The notes under the pieces are model-generated. The model searched no databases. It saw nothing but the letters and a program-made list of their open reading frames with translations, and was not told the DNA's origin. Below are positions 9,173 through 19,613 of a stretch of 64,000 nucleotides of DNA, in pieces; the stretch's first letter is position 1; every line of letters begins with the position of its first letter. The stretch lies in contig CAKPPF010000001.1 in assembly GCA_934177485.1 (NCBI GenBank), forward strand, positions 256,618-320,617. The letters run 5' to 3'. Made by a program: the position numbers and the translations under genes. The stretch is from an uncultured Clostridia bacterium. GTDB lineage: Bacteria; Bacillota; Clostridia; TANB77; CAG-508.

Positions 9173-9811
9173 ATGTCTTTTGCAAGTGATGTAAAAAATG
9201 AATTATTAGAACTAAAAATGTGGGATGTAAATAGTAATATGAAACAAGATGAACAATTGGCTAGAGTATATATTAGAGAAGCCTTTATTAAAAGTGGTTC
9301 AATAAATGATCCAACCAAAAAGTATCATTTACAAATAATGTTTAAAACAAATAAAAAGGCAGAGCAAATGCAACAACTATTATTAAACTTTAATATTCAT
9401 GCTAAAATCATAAAAAAAGATACAAGTTATATGCTATATATTAAAGATGGAGAAGAAATATCAGAGTTTTTAGCCTTAGTTGGAGCAAACAAAAGCGTTA
9501 TTAAATATGAAGAGGTAAGAGTATTAAAGGAAAAGAGAAATGACATAAACAGACTTGTAAATTGTGAAACTGCTAATTTAAATAAAACTATAAGTGCCGC
9601 TGTAAAGCAAATTGAAGATATTAAATATATAAAAGACAAAGGAAAATTCTTATCTATGCCGGAAAACTTAATAGAAATTGCAAACCTAAGAGTTGAAAAT
9701 CCAGACATATCACTTGCAGAGTTAGGAAAACTTTTAAAAGAACCAATTGGAAAGTCAGGAGTAAATCATAGATTAAAGAAAATTTCAGAAATAGCTAAGG
9801 AATTAAGATGA
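9173..9811 (+). CDS. whiA: WhiA-like DNA-binding sporulation/cell-division regulator, short form
   Basis: 'NRLVNCETANLNKT' and the C-terminal HTH 'KSGVNHRLKKI' are WhiA hallmarks. At 212 aa it is shorter than the ~315 aa I recall for WhiA. Confidence 0.7.
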   Translation: MSFASDVKNELLELKMWDVNSNMKQDEQLARVYIREAFIKSGSINDPTKKYHLQIMFKTNKKAEQMQQLLLNFNIHAKIIKKDTSYMLYIKDGEEISEFLALVGANKSVIKYEEVRVLKEKRNDINRLVNCETANLNKTISAAVKQIEDIKYIKDKGKFLSMPENLIEIANLRVENPDISLAELGKLLKEPIGKSGVNHRLKKISEIAKELR

Positions 9812-10926
9812 GAGATATAGGAATATATGTACATATACCATTTTGTGTAAAAAAATGTGATTATTGTGATTTTACATCGTTTGGCAATGTGAAAGAAGAA
9901 ATTATTTATAATTATATTAAGGAATTAAATAATAATATAAAAGAGGAATTAACCAAAGAAAAATATGATGCAAAGACTGTATATTTTGGTGGTGGAACAC
10001 CTTCATATATTAATTCAAATTATATTGTGGAAATACTAAATACAATAAAACAAAATAGTATTATTGATAAAAATGCTGAAATAACAATAGAAGTAAATCC
10101 AGGAACTGTTACAAAAGAAAAATTACAACAATACAAAAATGCAGGAATTAATAGGTTAAGCATAGGACTACAGGAAACACATAATAATTTATTAAAAAGC
10201 ATAGGAAGAATACATAGTTATGAAGACTTTTTAAGTACATATAATTTAGCTAGAGAAACAGGTTTTAACAACATTAATGTGGATTTAATTATTGGTTTGC
10301 CTAAGCAAAGTATACAAGATATAAAGGAAAATTTAGAAAAAATTATAAATTTAAAACCAGAACACATAAGTGTATACTCACTTATTTTAGAAGAAAACAC
10401 GGTTTTATATAATAAGTATCAAAATGGTGGAATAGAACTTCCAAGTGATATACAAGAAAGAAACATGTACTGGTATGTAAAAAACACTTTAGAAAATAAT
10501 GGATTCAAACACTATGAAATTTCTAATTTTTCAAGACCTGGACTTGAATCAAAGCATAATACAGATTGTTGGAAACAAAAAGAATATTTGGGATTTGGAT
10601 TGTCTGCTCATTCATATATAGATGGAAAAAGATATTCAAATGAAATGGATGAAAAAAATATAATATATAAATTTAAAAAAGTAATTCATGAAGAACAAGA
10701 TACAGAGAGTATGAAAAAAGAATATATGCTTCTTGGATTAAGAATGATAGATGGAGTGAGTATTAGAGAATTTAAAAATAAATTTAGTGATAATCCAATT
10801 TTTATATTTAGAAAAGAACTAGAAAAATTGGTAAATGAACAACTTCTAAAAATAGATGGAGATAGAATAAAATTAACTAATAAGGGATTGGACTTGGCAA
10901 ATATAGTATGGGAAGAATTTATATAA
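9808..10926 (+). CDS. hemW: Radical-SAM heme chaperone HemW (coproporphyrinogen III oxidase-like)
   Basis: 'CVKKCDYCDF' CxxxCxxC cluster motif, 'GGGTPS', and the HemN_C-like tail. Confidence 0.85.
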   Translation: MRDIGIYVHIPFCVKKCDYCDFTSFGNVKEEIIYNYIKELNNNIKEELTKEKYDAKTVYFGGGTPSYINSNYIVEILNTIKQNSIIDKNAEITIEVNPGTVTKEKLQQYKNAGINRLSIGLQETHNNLLKSIGRIHSYEDFLSTYNLARETGFNNINVDLIIGLPKQSIQDIKENLEKIINLKPEHISVYSLILEENTVLYNKYQNGGIELPSDIQERNMYWYVKNTLENNGFKHYEISNFSRPGLESKHNTDCWKQKEYLGFGLSAHSYIDGKRYSNEMDEKNIIYKFKKVIHEEQDTESMKKEYMLLGLRMIDGVSIREFKNKFSDNPIFIFRKELEKLVNEQLLKIDGDRIKLTNKGLDLANIVWEEFI

Positions 10927-11065
10927 AAGAGAAAGAAATATACTTGAAAATGGCATGTGAAAGATAAGCTAAATTTATTGACATTTTACTTAAATAAATA
11001 TATACTAATTACGAAATATATACGGAAGAAAAAGTTATAGGATTAATAATAAAATAGGAGTAATT

Positions 11066-12466
11066 ATGAAAATAAAAAATAAAATAGTAACTATATCAAT
11101 AATATCATTTATAATAACCGTAATATTTGGAATAAAAACATTTGCAACTACTGGAACAATTACAGAAATTACTGTTAATGTAAGGCAAAAGCCATCAACA
11201 GATTCTAAAAGAATAATGTATGTAACTCAAGATGAAAAAGTTGAAGTTCTAGAAAAAGATGGCGATTGGTATAAAATAGAGGCAAAGGGAAAAACAGGCT
11301 ATGTATTTGGAGAATATGTAAATGTTGATGATTCAGAACTTACTGACAAATCTGAAGAAGATGATGAAAATGAGGAAACTTCTAATAATGAGGAAGTAGT
11401 AAATGAAACAAGCAATAATGATGTAAATGAGAGTAATGCAACAAATAATGAACTAAATCCTAACTCAAAATTATATTTAGAATCTGAAACAGATGTTAAA
11501 ATAATACCTAATATCTCATCATCAAGTGTAAATAAAACAAATGAAAAAACAGAAATACAACTATTTGAACAACTAGGAAATTGGTCATATATTATGATTA
11601 ATGGTAGAAATGGATGGGTAAGAACAGATAAAATAATAGAGGAAAAAGAACAAACAGATAATAGAGAAAACAATGAAAAAAGCGAAGAAGATACAACGCA
11701 AAAAGATAATCAAGCAGAAAAAAATGATGACTCAAAAGCAGAAAATAAAAAAGCATATATTAAATACAATACAGTTAACTTAAGGAAGAAAGCATCTGCT
11801 ACTTCTACTGTTCTTGCAAAACTAAAAATAAATGATGAAGTAACAATTCTAGAAAAAACTAATTCAGTATGGACCAAAGTAGAAATAGACGGAAAAACAG
11901 GATATGTTTCTAATGACTTATTATCTACGGAAAAACAAAATGTTGCAGAAGAAAAGGAAGAAACAGCTACTTCAAGAAGTGGTGAATCAACTTCAAGAGA
12001 ATCAGATGACGAAGAAGAACAAGTTGAAGAAAAAGAAGAGGAAAAAAGTAGCGTAGAAGAGAAGAGTTCTTCAAATACTTCAATTACAGGTACAAGTGTA
12101 GTTGAGTATGCTAAAAAGTTTTTAGGATATAAATATGTATATGGTGGAACATCACCAGAAAAAGGTTTTGATTGCTCAGGTTTTACAAGCTATGTGTATA
12201 AAAACTTTGGCTATAATTTATCAAGATCATCTAGTGCACAAGCAAATAATGGAACTAAAGTTGAAAAAAGTGATATAAAACCTGGTGATATACTTATTTT
12301 TAAAAATCAAGCATTAACAAGAATTGGGCATGTAGGAATTTATATAGGAAATAATAAAATGATTCATGCTTCTGAACCTGGTGTTGGAGTTACAATTACA
12401 GATTTAGATGCAAAAGGTTATAATTATAATAAAAGATATGTTATGGCAAGAAGAATAATTAAATAA
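11066..12466 (+). CDS. Secreted SH3b-repeat / NlpC-P60 (C40) cell-wall peptidase
   Basis: Signal or anchor sequence, three 'VNVR..PS..S..' SH3b-like modules separated by acidic linkers, and C-terminal 'FDCSGFTSYVY...GHVGIY'. Confidence 0.85.
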   Translation: MKIKNKIVTISIISFIITVIFGIKTFATTGTITEITVNVRQKPSTDSKRIMYVTQDEKVEVLEKDGDWYKIEAKGKTGYVFGEYVNVDDSELTDKSEEDDENEETSNNEEVVNETSNNDVNESNATNNELNPNSKLYLESETDVKIIPNISSSSVNKTNEKTEIQLFEQLGNWSYIMINGRNGWVRTDKIIEEKEQTDNRENNEKSEEDTTQKDNQAEKNDDSKAENKKAYIKYNTVNLRKKASATSTVLAKLKINDEVTILEKTNSVWTKVEIDGKTGYVSNDLLSTEKQNVAEEKEETATSRSGESTSRESDDEEEQVEEKEEEKSSVEEKSSSNTSITGTSVVEYAKKFLGYKYVYGGTSPEKGFDCSGFTSYVYKNFGYNLSRSSSAQANNGTKVEKSDIKPGDILIFKNQALTRIGHVGIYIGNNKMIHASEPGVGVTITDLDAKGYNYNKRYVMARRIIK

Positions 12467-12495
12467 AAATGGGGAGCTAGAATAGGAGTAACAAA

Positions 12496-14883
12496 GTGAA
12501 AAGACCAGTATTTATAATTACTTTGGGATTTGTATCTGGCATAGTAGGGGGACTATATTTAAAAATAGTTTCTCTTTTTATTTGTTTGTTATTATTCTTA
12601 ACTTTTATAATTGTATATACCAAAAGCAATATAATTAATATATTTAAGAGAAATAAATCCATATACGTATTTTTAATTTCTATTATAATATCAGGTATTT
12701 GGATAAATTTTTATGAATTTAGATATGAACAAATATACAAAAAATTAAATAGTGAAACACTACTGGCAACTGTAATTAGTGATGTACAGGAAAAGGAATA
12801 TTTTAATAAATATATAATAAAAGTAGGAAAAAGCAAAAACAAAATTGTACAAAATAAGTGCTTTATTTTACAGACACCTAAAAGTATAAAATTAGAATTT
12901 GGAAATGAGATTAAAATTCAAGCGGAATATATTGAACCTGAACAATCAAGAAATTATAAAGGATTTGATTATAAAAAATATTTAAAAACACAGAAAATAT
13001 ATGGGACTTTTAAAACCAATAATATTTATATAATAAAAGAAGAAAACATAAGTACTATAGAAAAGATATTACATAAAATAAAAACTAGAATAATTAATAA
13101 TATGGAAATAGTATTTAACAAAGATACAAAAGATTTATTTTTAGGTATGCTTATTGGATATAAAGATAATATTTCTGATGATTTAAAAGAAGATTTTAGA
13201 AAGAGTAGTTTATCACATATATTAGCTATTTCTGGAGATCATATATCATATGTCATTTTAACTTTAACTATATTAGGAGAGCTCTTTAAAATACCTAAAA
13301 GAATTAATAATGTCTTAATCTCAATATTTCTAATATTATTTATATATATAACTGGTTATACATCTTCTGTTATTAGAGCAGCTATAATGGGAAGTATTAT
13401 AATTGGACAAATACTAATTTACAGAAAACAAGATACAATAACCACAATTAGTTTATCTATATTAATTATGCTATGTGAAAACCCATATAGACTATTTGAT
13501 TTAGGCTTTATATTATCGTATTTAGCTACAATGGGAATTGTATATTATACTAAAATATTAAAAGAGCATAAAAAAAGTAGAACGAAAATTTTAGATTCAA
13601 TATTAATTACTTTAGTAGCCAATCTTTTTATAATTCCTATTGTACTTTTTAATTTTAATACATTATCACTTAATTTTATTATTTCCAATTTAATTGCAAG
13701 TGTTCTTATGAAACCGATTATTGTCGGTGGAATTATTATTATAATTATTTCTTTTTTATCTATAAAAATTTCTAAAATTTGTGGATTTATTTATAATTAT
13801 TTATTAAAAATTTTGATTCTAAATGCAAAGATAACATCTAAAATTCCGTTTTCAAATTTAATAGTTACTACTCCAAGTATTTTACTAATAATAATTTATT
13901 ACATTTTGCTAATAATTATTATGTTTTTAATTTACCTAAAAAACATGGCATCTAACAGGTACCTTGCAAAAAGTTTTTTGGGCAAGATAGGCAAAATGAG
14001 AAAATATATTATTCATAATTTCAAAAAAATAATTATATTTATTGCTGTAATTATAATAATAATTAACCAATTTAAATATATTTCAAATGAGTTGAAGTTA
14101 TATTTTATAGATGTTGGACAAGGAGACTCAACTCTTGTTATAACACCAAAAGGTAAAAAAATTTTAATAGATGGAGGAGGAAATGAAGGATATTCAATTG
14201 GCAAAAAAATATTGTTGCCTTATTTATTAGACAGAAAAATTAAAGAAATTGATTATATGATTATTTCACATTTTGATACAGACCATTGTGATGGACTACT
14301 ATATTTAATAGAACAAATTAATGTGAAAAATATAATAATTGGTAATCAATATGAACAAAACGATAATTACAGAAAATTTTTAAACTTAATAAAGAAAAAT
14401 AAAAATAATATTATAATTGCAAAAATGAAAGAAAGAATCTTCATAGAAGAAAATGTATATATTGATATATTATGGCCATCTTTGAATAATACAATTTATG
14501 AAAATTCAATTAATAATAATTCAATTGTGTGTAAGTTATCTTATAAAAATTTTTCTATATTGTTTACTGGTGATATAGAAGAAGTAGCAGAAAAAGAGCT
14601 GATTCATGAGATTGGAGATCTAAATATATTAAAATCAACAGTACTAAAGGTTGCACACCATGGTTCTAAAACATCATCAACAAAAGAATTCTTAAATGCT
14701 GTAAATGCCAAATATGCATTAATTGGTGTAGGAAAAAATAATAAATTTGGACACCCATCAGATACTACAATAGAAAATTTAAATAAAACAAATACTAAAA
14801 TCTTTAGAACAGATGAAATGGGGGAAATAGAAATAAAAACAAATGGCAAAAAAATAAAATTTAGAACTCATATACACCTTTAA
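12496..14883 (+). CDS. comEC: DNA internalization competence protein ComEC/Rec2 with a C-terminal metallo-beta-lactamase domain
   Basis: Polytopic competence domain ('SHILAISGDHISY'), 'YFIDVGQGDSTLV' and 'HFDTDHCDG'. GTG start. Confidence 0.85.
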   Translation: MKRPVFIITLGFVSGIVGGLYLKIVSLFICLLLFLTFIIVYTKSNIINIFKRNKSIYVFLISIIISGIWINFYEFRYEQIYKKLNSETLLATVISDVQEKEYFNKYIIKVGKSKNKIVQNKCFILQTPKSIKLEFGNEIKIQAEYIEPEQSRNYKGFDYKKYLKTQKIYGTFKTNNIYIIKEENISTIEKILHKIKTRIINNMEIVFNKDTKDLFLGMLIGYKDNISDDLKEDFRKSSLSHILAISGDHISYVILTLTILGELFKIPKRINNVLISIFLILFIYITGYTSSVIRAAIMGSIIIGQILIYRKQDTITTISLSILIMLCENPYRLFDLGFILSYLATMGIVYYTKILKEHKKSRTKILDSILITLVANLFIIPIVLFNFNTLSLNFIISNLIASVLMKPIIVGGIIIIIISFLSIKISKICGFIYNYLLKILILNAKITSKIPFSNLIVTTPSILLIIIYYILLIIIMFLIYLKNMASNRYLAKSFLGKIGKMRKYIIHNFKKIIIFIAVIIIIINQFKYISNELKLYFIDVGQGDSTLVITPKGKKILIDGGGNEGYSIGKKILLPYLLDRKIKEIDYMIISHFDTDHCDGLLYLIEQINVKNIIIGNQYEQNDNYRKFLNLIKKNKNNIIIAKMKERIFIEENVYIDILWPSLNNTIYENSINNNSIVCKLSYKNFSILFTGDIEEVAEKELIHEIGDLNILKSTVLKVAHHGSKTSSTKEFLNAVNAKYALIGVGKNNKFGHPSDTTIENLNKTNTKIFRTDEMGEIEIKTNGKKIKFRTHIHL

Positions 14884-14943
14884 AATTGTATAAAATCATT
14901 TTTTATTGGAAATAATAGTTAAAAAGCAAAGGAATGATTTTTT

Positions 14944-15516
14944 ATGAAAAAAGTTGTAATTATAATAAGTGCAATTATAATTATTCTATTAGGAATATTT
15001 ATAGGAGTAAAAATTAATAATAAAGAACCACAAAGTAATACTTTAAATAATAATATTAAAACAACAGAAATAAACCAGAATATGAATACTTTAGTTACTG
15101 AAGTATCAAAGCCAGAAGAAAAAACTACACCTAATACTTTATTAATTTATAAAATATATTACACTAAGTGTAAACATTATATAAAAAATTACAATGAAAT
15201 AGATGCATCTTTAGTTAATTTAACTCAAAAAGAATTTAAGGATAAGTTTAAAGGCTGGAAAATAGAGAGATTTTCGCCAGAAGAGGTTGAAATTTCAAAA
15301 GAAGAAGAGAGATTTTGTAATGAACATTATAAATTGAAACTTGAAGATAATATTATTGTAATTTATAATATAAATGAAAATGGAAGAGAAACAGAATATG
15401 AGAGGACAGATATTACAACAGAATACTTAACACAAGAAGATATTTTAAAATTAAGAAATGGAATAATAGTCTTTGGAAAAGAAAACTTGACAAGTACAAT
15501 TGAAGATTATGAATAA
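14944..15516 (+). CDS. Membrane-anchored hypothetical protein (possibly a BofC-like C-terminal domain)
   Basis: N-terminal TM segment. The C-terminal 'IIVIYNINENG...LRNGIIVFGKENL' weakly resembles BofC_C. Confidence 0.4.
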   Translation: MKKVVIIISAIIIILLGIFIGVKINNKEPQSNTLNNNIKTTEINQNMNTLVTEVSKPEEKTTPNTLLIYKIYYTKCKHYIKNYNEIDASLVNLTQKEFKDKFKGWKIERFSPEEVEISKEEERFCNEHYKLKLEDNIIVIYNINENGRETEYERTDITTEYLTQEDILKLRNGIIVFGKENLTSTIEDYE

Positions 15517-15543
15517 TAAAAAGAATATAAATTGAAAAAATTT

Positions 15544-15730
15544 ACGGGCAGGTTTTATACCTGCCCGTAAAAAGTGAAACTGCGTTTTACTTTTGTTCTT
15601 GAATAGGAAAAATCGAAGATTTTTCTATTCAACAAAATATGCTATAATCGCTATTGCCTTTGAGATTTCCTCATTTAATTCGGAAACTCAAATCGGCGAG
15701 AAGAAAAGTGTGGCGAAGCCACTTTTCTTA
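15544..15730. repeat. Composite intergenic repeat (modules A-variant, E and D)
   Basis: acGGGCAGGttttataCCTGCCCgt, then ttgaataggaaaaatcgaagatttttctattcaa, then the module D string identical to 5458-5550. It ends on the pgsA stop codon. Confidence 0.85.
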
Positions 15731-16294
15731 TTTATTTATTATTTCATTCATTTTTAAAGTTTCTTTTTTAAAATAGCCTTTTACATAGAATTCTCTAAAA
15801 TACATTACAAGAGAAAATAGTGTCATTACTAATGCCATGTAATATATTATCATACCAATTGAATTATTAATTTCTAGAGCTTTAAAAAGCATTGAAATGA
15901 TTATTGCAAGGTAAAACAACACTGTAGCAGCTTTACCATACCATTTACTAGATACAACTAATTCTTTTCCATAAAGAAATGATGCACCAGCTACCATAGC
16001 AGCTTCTTTTATTAAAACAACAACTAAAATCCATAAAGGAATAATATTTTTTACAGTTAATGTCCCTAAAATAGATATTTGTGTTACCTTATCTGCTAAG
16101 GGGTCAATTAGTTTTCCAAAGTTTGTAATAAAATTATATTTTCTTGCAATTGCTCCATCTAGTACATCTGTTAAACCTGAAAGTGCTATTATAACTATTG
16201 CAGCTAAATATTCATCAGTTACTAAAAAGTAAATTGCAAAAGGTATTAAGAAAAATCTTAAAACCGTAAGAATATTTGGAATGTATTTTGCCAT
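15728..16294 (-). CDS. pgsA: CDP-diacylglycerol--glycerol-3-phosphate 3-phosphatidyltransferase
   Basis: CDP-alcohol phosphotransferase motif 'DGAIARKYNFITNFGKLIDPLADK'. The start is moved to the ATG preceded by GGAGG. Confidence 0.85.
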   Translation of the reverse strand: MAKYIPNILTVLRFFLIPFAIYFLVTDEYLAAIVIIALSGLTDVLDGAIARKYNFITNFGKLIDPLADKVTQISILGTLTVKNIIPLWILVVVLIKEAAMVAGASFLYGKELVVSSKWYGKAATVLFYLAIIISMLFKALEINNSIGMIIYYMALVMTLFSLVMYFREFYVKGYFKKETLKMNEIINK

Positions 16295-16305
16295 AATTTC
16301 CTCCA

Positions 16306-18600
16306 CTATTTTATAGAAAATACAAAATTATTATTTTCTACATCTATTTCTACGTTTTGACCATCAAGAAGTTCTTTTCTAAGAATTTTTTCAGAAAGTT
16401 CATCTTCAATGTATCTTTGAATAGCTCTTCTAAGAGGTCTTGCTCCATATTTTAAATCAGTTCCTTTTTCCAATAAAGCTTTTTTTGCATTTAATGTAAT
16501 ATCTAAGGTAATATTCTTATCTGCTAAAGCTTTTTTAGTATCATTTAGCATTAAATTTACTATTTGTAATAATTCTTCTGTATTTAAGCTGTTAAATATA
16601 ACTATCTCATCAACTCTATTTAAAAACTCTGGTCTAAACACATCTTTTAAACTATCTAAAATTTTATTTGAATTTACAGTGGAAACATTGCCAAAGCCAA
16701 TAGAGTTATTATTTAGGTTAGAACCTGCATTTGAAGTCATAATAATTATTGTGTTTTCAAAGCTAACTGTATTTCCTTGAGAATCCGTAAGTTTTCCATC
16801 GTCTAAAACTTGTAATAAAATATTAAATACATCTGGGTGTGCTTTTTCTATTTCGTCTAAAAGAATAATTGAATAAGGTTTTCTTTTAACTTTTTCAGTA
16901 AGTTGGCCAGCATCATCATATCCAACATATCCTGGAGGTGAACCTATAAGTTTAGATGTTGAATGTTTTTCCATATATTCAGACATGTCAATTCTTATTA
17001 TTGCATCTTCATTTCCAAACATTTCATATGCTAAAGTTTTTGCAAGATATGTTTTTCCAACACCTGTAGGACCTACAAATATAAAAGATGGTGGTCTTTT
17101 TGTGGATTTTAAACCTGCTCTATTTCTTCTTATTGCACGACTAACAGCTTCTATTGCACTATTTTGCCCAATAATTCTTTTATGAAGATTTTGCTCTAAG
17201 TTTAGAAGTTTTTCTGTTTCAGTTTCTGTGATTTTATTTACAGGAATTTTTGTCCAATTTTCAATGACATTTGCAATATCATCTATTGTAATACTTGGGT
17301 AAACAAGTTTCTTATTTAGTGCATCTATATCTTCAATTAATTGACATTCTTTTGTTTTTAAATCTGCGGCTTTTTGATAATCCTCTGTTGAGTCAGCTTG
17401 AGCTGCTTCTTCCTTTTGAGCTTGTACTTTGGCTAATTCATTTTTTAGAACTTCAAGCCTAAACAAGTTAACATTGTCTAAATTTTTTCTTGAGCATGCT
17501 TCATCTAAAATATCTATAGCTTTATCAGGTAAAAATCTATCATGTATATATTTTTCAGACATTATTACTGTCTTCTTTATAACATCATTTGATATTTTTA
17601 CTTTGTGATAATCTTCGTAGTATTTTTTAATTCCTTGTAAAATAGATATAGAATCATCAATTGAAGGTTCTTCTACTAGTACACTTTGAAATCTTCTTTC
17701 TAAAGCAGAATCTTTTTCAATATATTTTCTATACTCTCTTAAAGTAGTAGTACCAATAATTTGTATTTCTCCATTTGCAAGAGATGGTTTTAAAATATTT
17801 GCAGCACTCATAGAGTTTTCAGAATCTCCAGCGCCTATAATATTATGAATTTCATCAATTACTAAAATTATATTTCCAAAGTTTTTGCACTCATCAATAA
17901 TTGACTTCATTCTGCTTTCGAATTGACCTCTGAACTGAGTACCTGCAACAACTGCTGTCATATCTAATAAATATACTTCTTTATTTAATAATTTAGCAGG
18001 AACATTTTGAGATGCTATTTTTAGAGCTAAACCTTGAGCTATGGCTGTTTTTCCAACACCAGGCTCACCAATTAAACAAGGGTTATTTTTAGTTCTTCTA
18101 TTTAGTATTTGAATAACTCTATCTATTTCTTTTTCTCTGCCAATTACTGTATCTAGTTGATTATTCTTTGCTTTTAATGTTAGGTTAGTACCAAAAACAT
18201 CTAAGACTCTTTTCTTTTTTTCTTTTGGTCTTTTTTCAACTTTTACTTTTTTGTTGCCAGATGCAGTTTCGTCTTGAGAGTCTGATGCTTGATTTTGTTG
18301 ACCACTAAACATTCCAAATATGGAACCAAGAGGAATAGCACCATCTTCGATATCCTCTAAATTTATATTCTCTGGATTTATACTGTTACCTAAATCTTTA
18401 AAAAATAGTCCGAATTGAGATGCCATTTGATCTAGATTAAGATTTTTATTATTATTATTTTCTGATGCAGTATTTTCTACTGAAATTCCTTTTTCTTTTG
18501 CACAATTATTACAATATCCAACTAAACGATTAGGATCATTTTCTGTTGGTTCATTTATAAAAATTGTTGCGACATTTTTTTTACATTTTGAACATAACAT
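16306..18600 (-). CDS. clpE: Class I Clp/Hsp100 AAA+ ATPase with an N-terminal zinc ribbon (ClpE-like)
   Basis: Two Walker A sites ('GEPGVGKT', 'GPTGVGKT'), a UVR-like middle motif, and N-terminal CSKC...CNNC in place of Clp_N repeats. Confidence 0.75.
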   Translation of the reverse strand: MLCSKCKKNVATIFINEPTENDPNRLVGYCNNCAKEKGISVENTASENNNNKNLNLDQMASQFGLFFKDLGNSINPENINLEDIEDGAIPLGSIFGMFSGQQNQASDSQDETASGNKKVKVEKRPKEKKKRVLDVFGTNLTLKAKNNQLDTVIGREKEIDRVIQILNRRTKNNPCLIGEPGVGKTAIAQGLALKIASQNVPAKLLNKEVYLLDMTAVVAGTQFRGQFESRMKSIIDECKNFGNIILVIDEIHNIIGAGDSENSMSAANILKPSLANGEIQIIGTTTLREYRKYIEKDSALERRFQSVLVEEPSIDDSISILQGIKKYYEDYHKVKISNDVIKKTVIMSEKYIHDRFLPDKAIDILDEACSRKNLDNVNLFRLEVLKNELAKVQAQKEEAAQADSTEDYQKAADLKTKECQLIEDIDALNKKLVYPSITIDDIANVIENWTKIPVNKITETETEKLLNLEQNLHKRIIGQNSAIEAVSRAIRRNRAGLKSTKRPPSFIFVGPTGVGKTYLAKTLAYEMFGNEDAIIRIDMSEYMEKHSTSKLIGSPPGYVGYDDAGQLTEKVKRKPYSIILLDEIEKAHPDVFNILLQVLDDGKLTDSQGNTVSFENTIIIMTSNAGSNLNNNSIGFGNVSTVNSNKILDSLKDVFRPEFLNRVDEIVIFNSLNTEELLQIVNLMLNDTKKALADKNITLDITLNAKKALLEKGTDLKYGARPLRRAIQRYIEDELSEKILRKELLDGQNVEIDVENNNFVFSIK

Positions 18601-18770
18601 AAAGTTTTTCTCTCCTTATTTTTCTATAAGTATAACATTAATATAATACAATAAAATGCTTAAATAGTCAATAGTTTAAAATGTTACACAAGGATAATAC
18701 AAATAAAAATTTGAAAAAAAATTATAACCATGTTATAATAAAAATAATTTGTGAAATATGGGAGAAATAA

Positions 18771-19577
18771 ATGAATACAAATTATAGAAAAATATTTATA
18801 ATTAGTGTATTAATTATATGTATTGTTGCTATTAATATGGCTGTGTTTTCTCAGATAACTAAAAAACCTAAAAAAAGTAAAGATGAGAAAGAAACTGTAG
18901 ATACAACTAAATTAGTAGAAGAGTTTGAAGCTATTTTTAATAATAAAATAGATATTCAAGAAAATAAAATACAAGTCCAAAAGATTGATTCAAATAAAGA
19001 ATTGGTATATACATCATATCTAAAAAAAGAGAACGAAAATGGATTATACGATTTTGATATTAATATACCTTATATAAATATAGACAATGCTAATGCAAAA
19101 AACATAAATAGTGAAATAGAAAATGTTTTTTATAAAAAGATAAGCAATATACAGAGTCTAGGACAAACTGCAATATATAGTGTCAAATATCAAGCTTATG
19201 TGAATGACAATATTCTGTCAATAATAATTAGCTCAAAACTTAAAGAAGGTAGTAATTCACAAAGAGTAATAATAAAAACATATAATTATAATTTATTATC
19301 AAATAAAGTATGTACTTTACCTGAATTACTTAGTTACAAAGGATTACAAAAGCAAGACACACAAGATAAAATAAACGAAACAATTCAAAAGTCAATAAAT
19401 GATGTTAATCAATATAAAGCATTGGGATATGAGAGATATTTAAGAAATATAAATGATAGTATGTATAAAATAGAAAACACTACGACATTCTTTTTAGGTT
19501 CAAATAAAACTTTCTATATTATATATCCGTATGGCAATTCAAATTATACATCAGAATTTGATTTGATAGTTTTATAA
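18771..19577 (+). CDS. Membrane-anchored hypothetical protein
   Basis: 268-aa ORF with GGGAGA RBS and one N-terminal TM segment. No motif recognised. Confidence 0.5.
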   Translation: MNTNYRKIFIISVLIICIVAINMAVFSQITKKPKKSKDEKETVDTTKLVEEFEAIFNNKIDIQENKIQVQKIDSNKELVYTSYLKKENENGLYDFDINIPYINIDNANAKNINSEIENVFYKKISNIQSLGQTAIYSVKYQAYVNDNILSIIISSKLKEGSNSQRVIIKTYNYNLLSNKVCTLPELLSYKGLQKQDTQDKINETIQKSINDVNQYKALGYERYLRNINDSMYKIENTTTFFLGSNKTFYIIYPYGNSNYTSEFDLIVL

Positions 19578-19613
19578 AAGAATTATTTATAATAAAAGGA
19601 AATGGGAGAGAAT

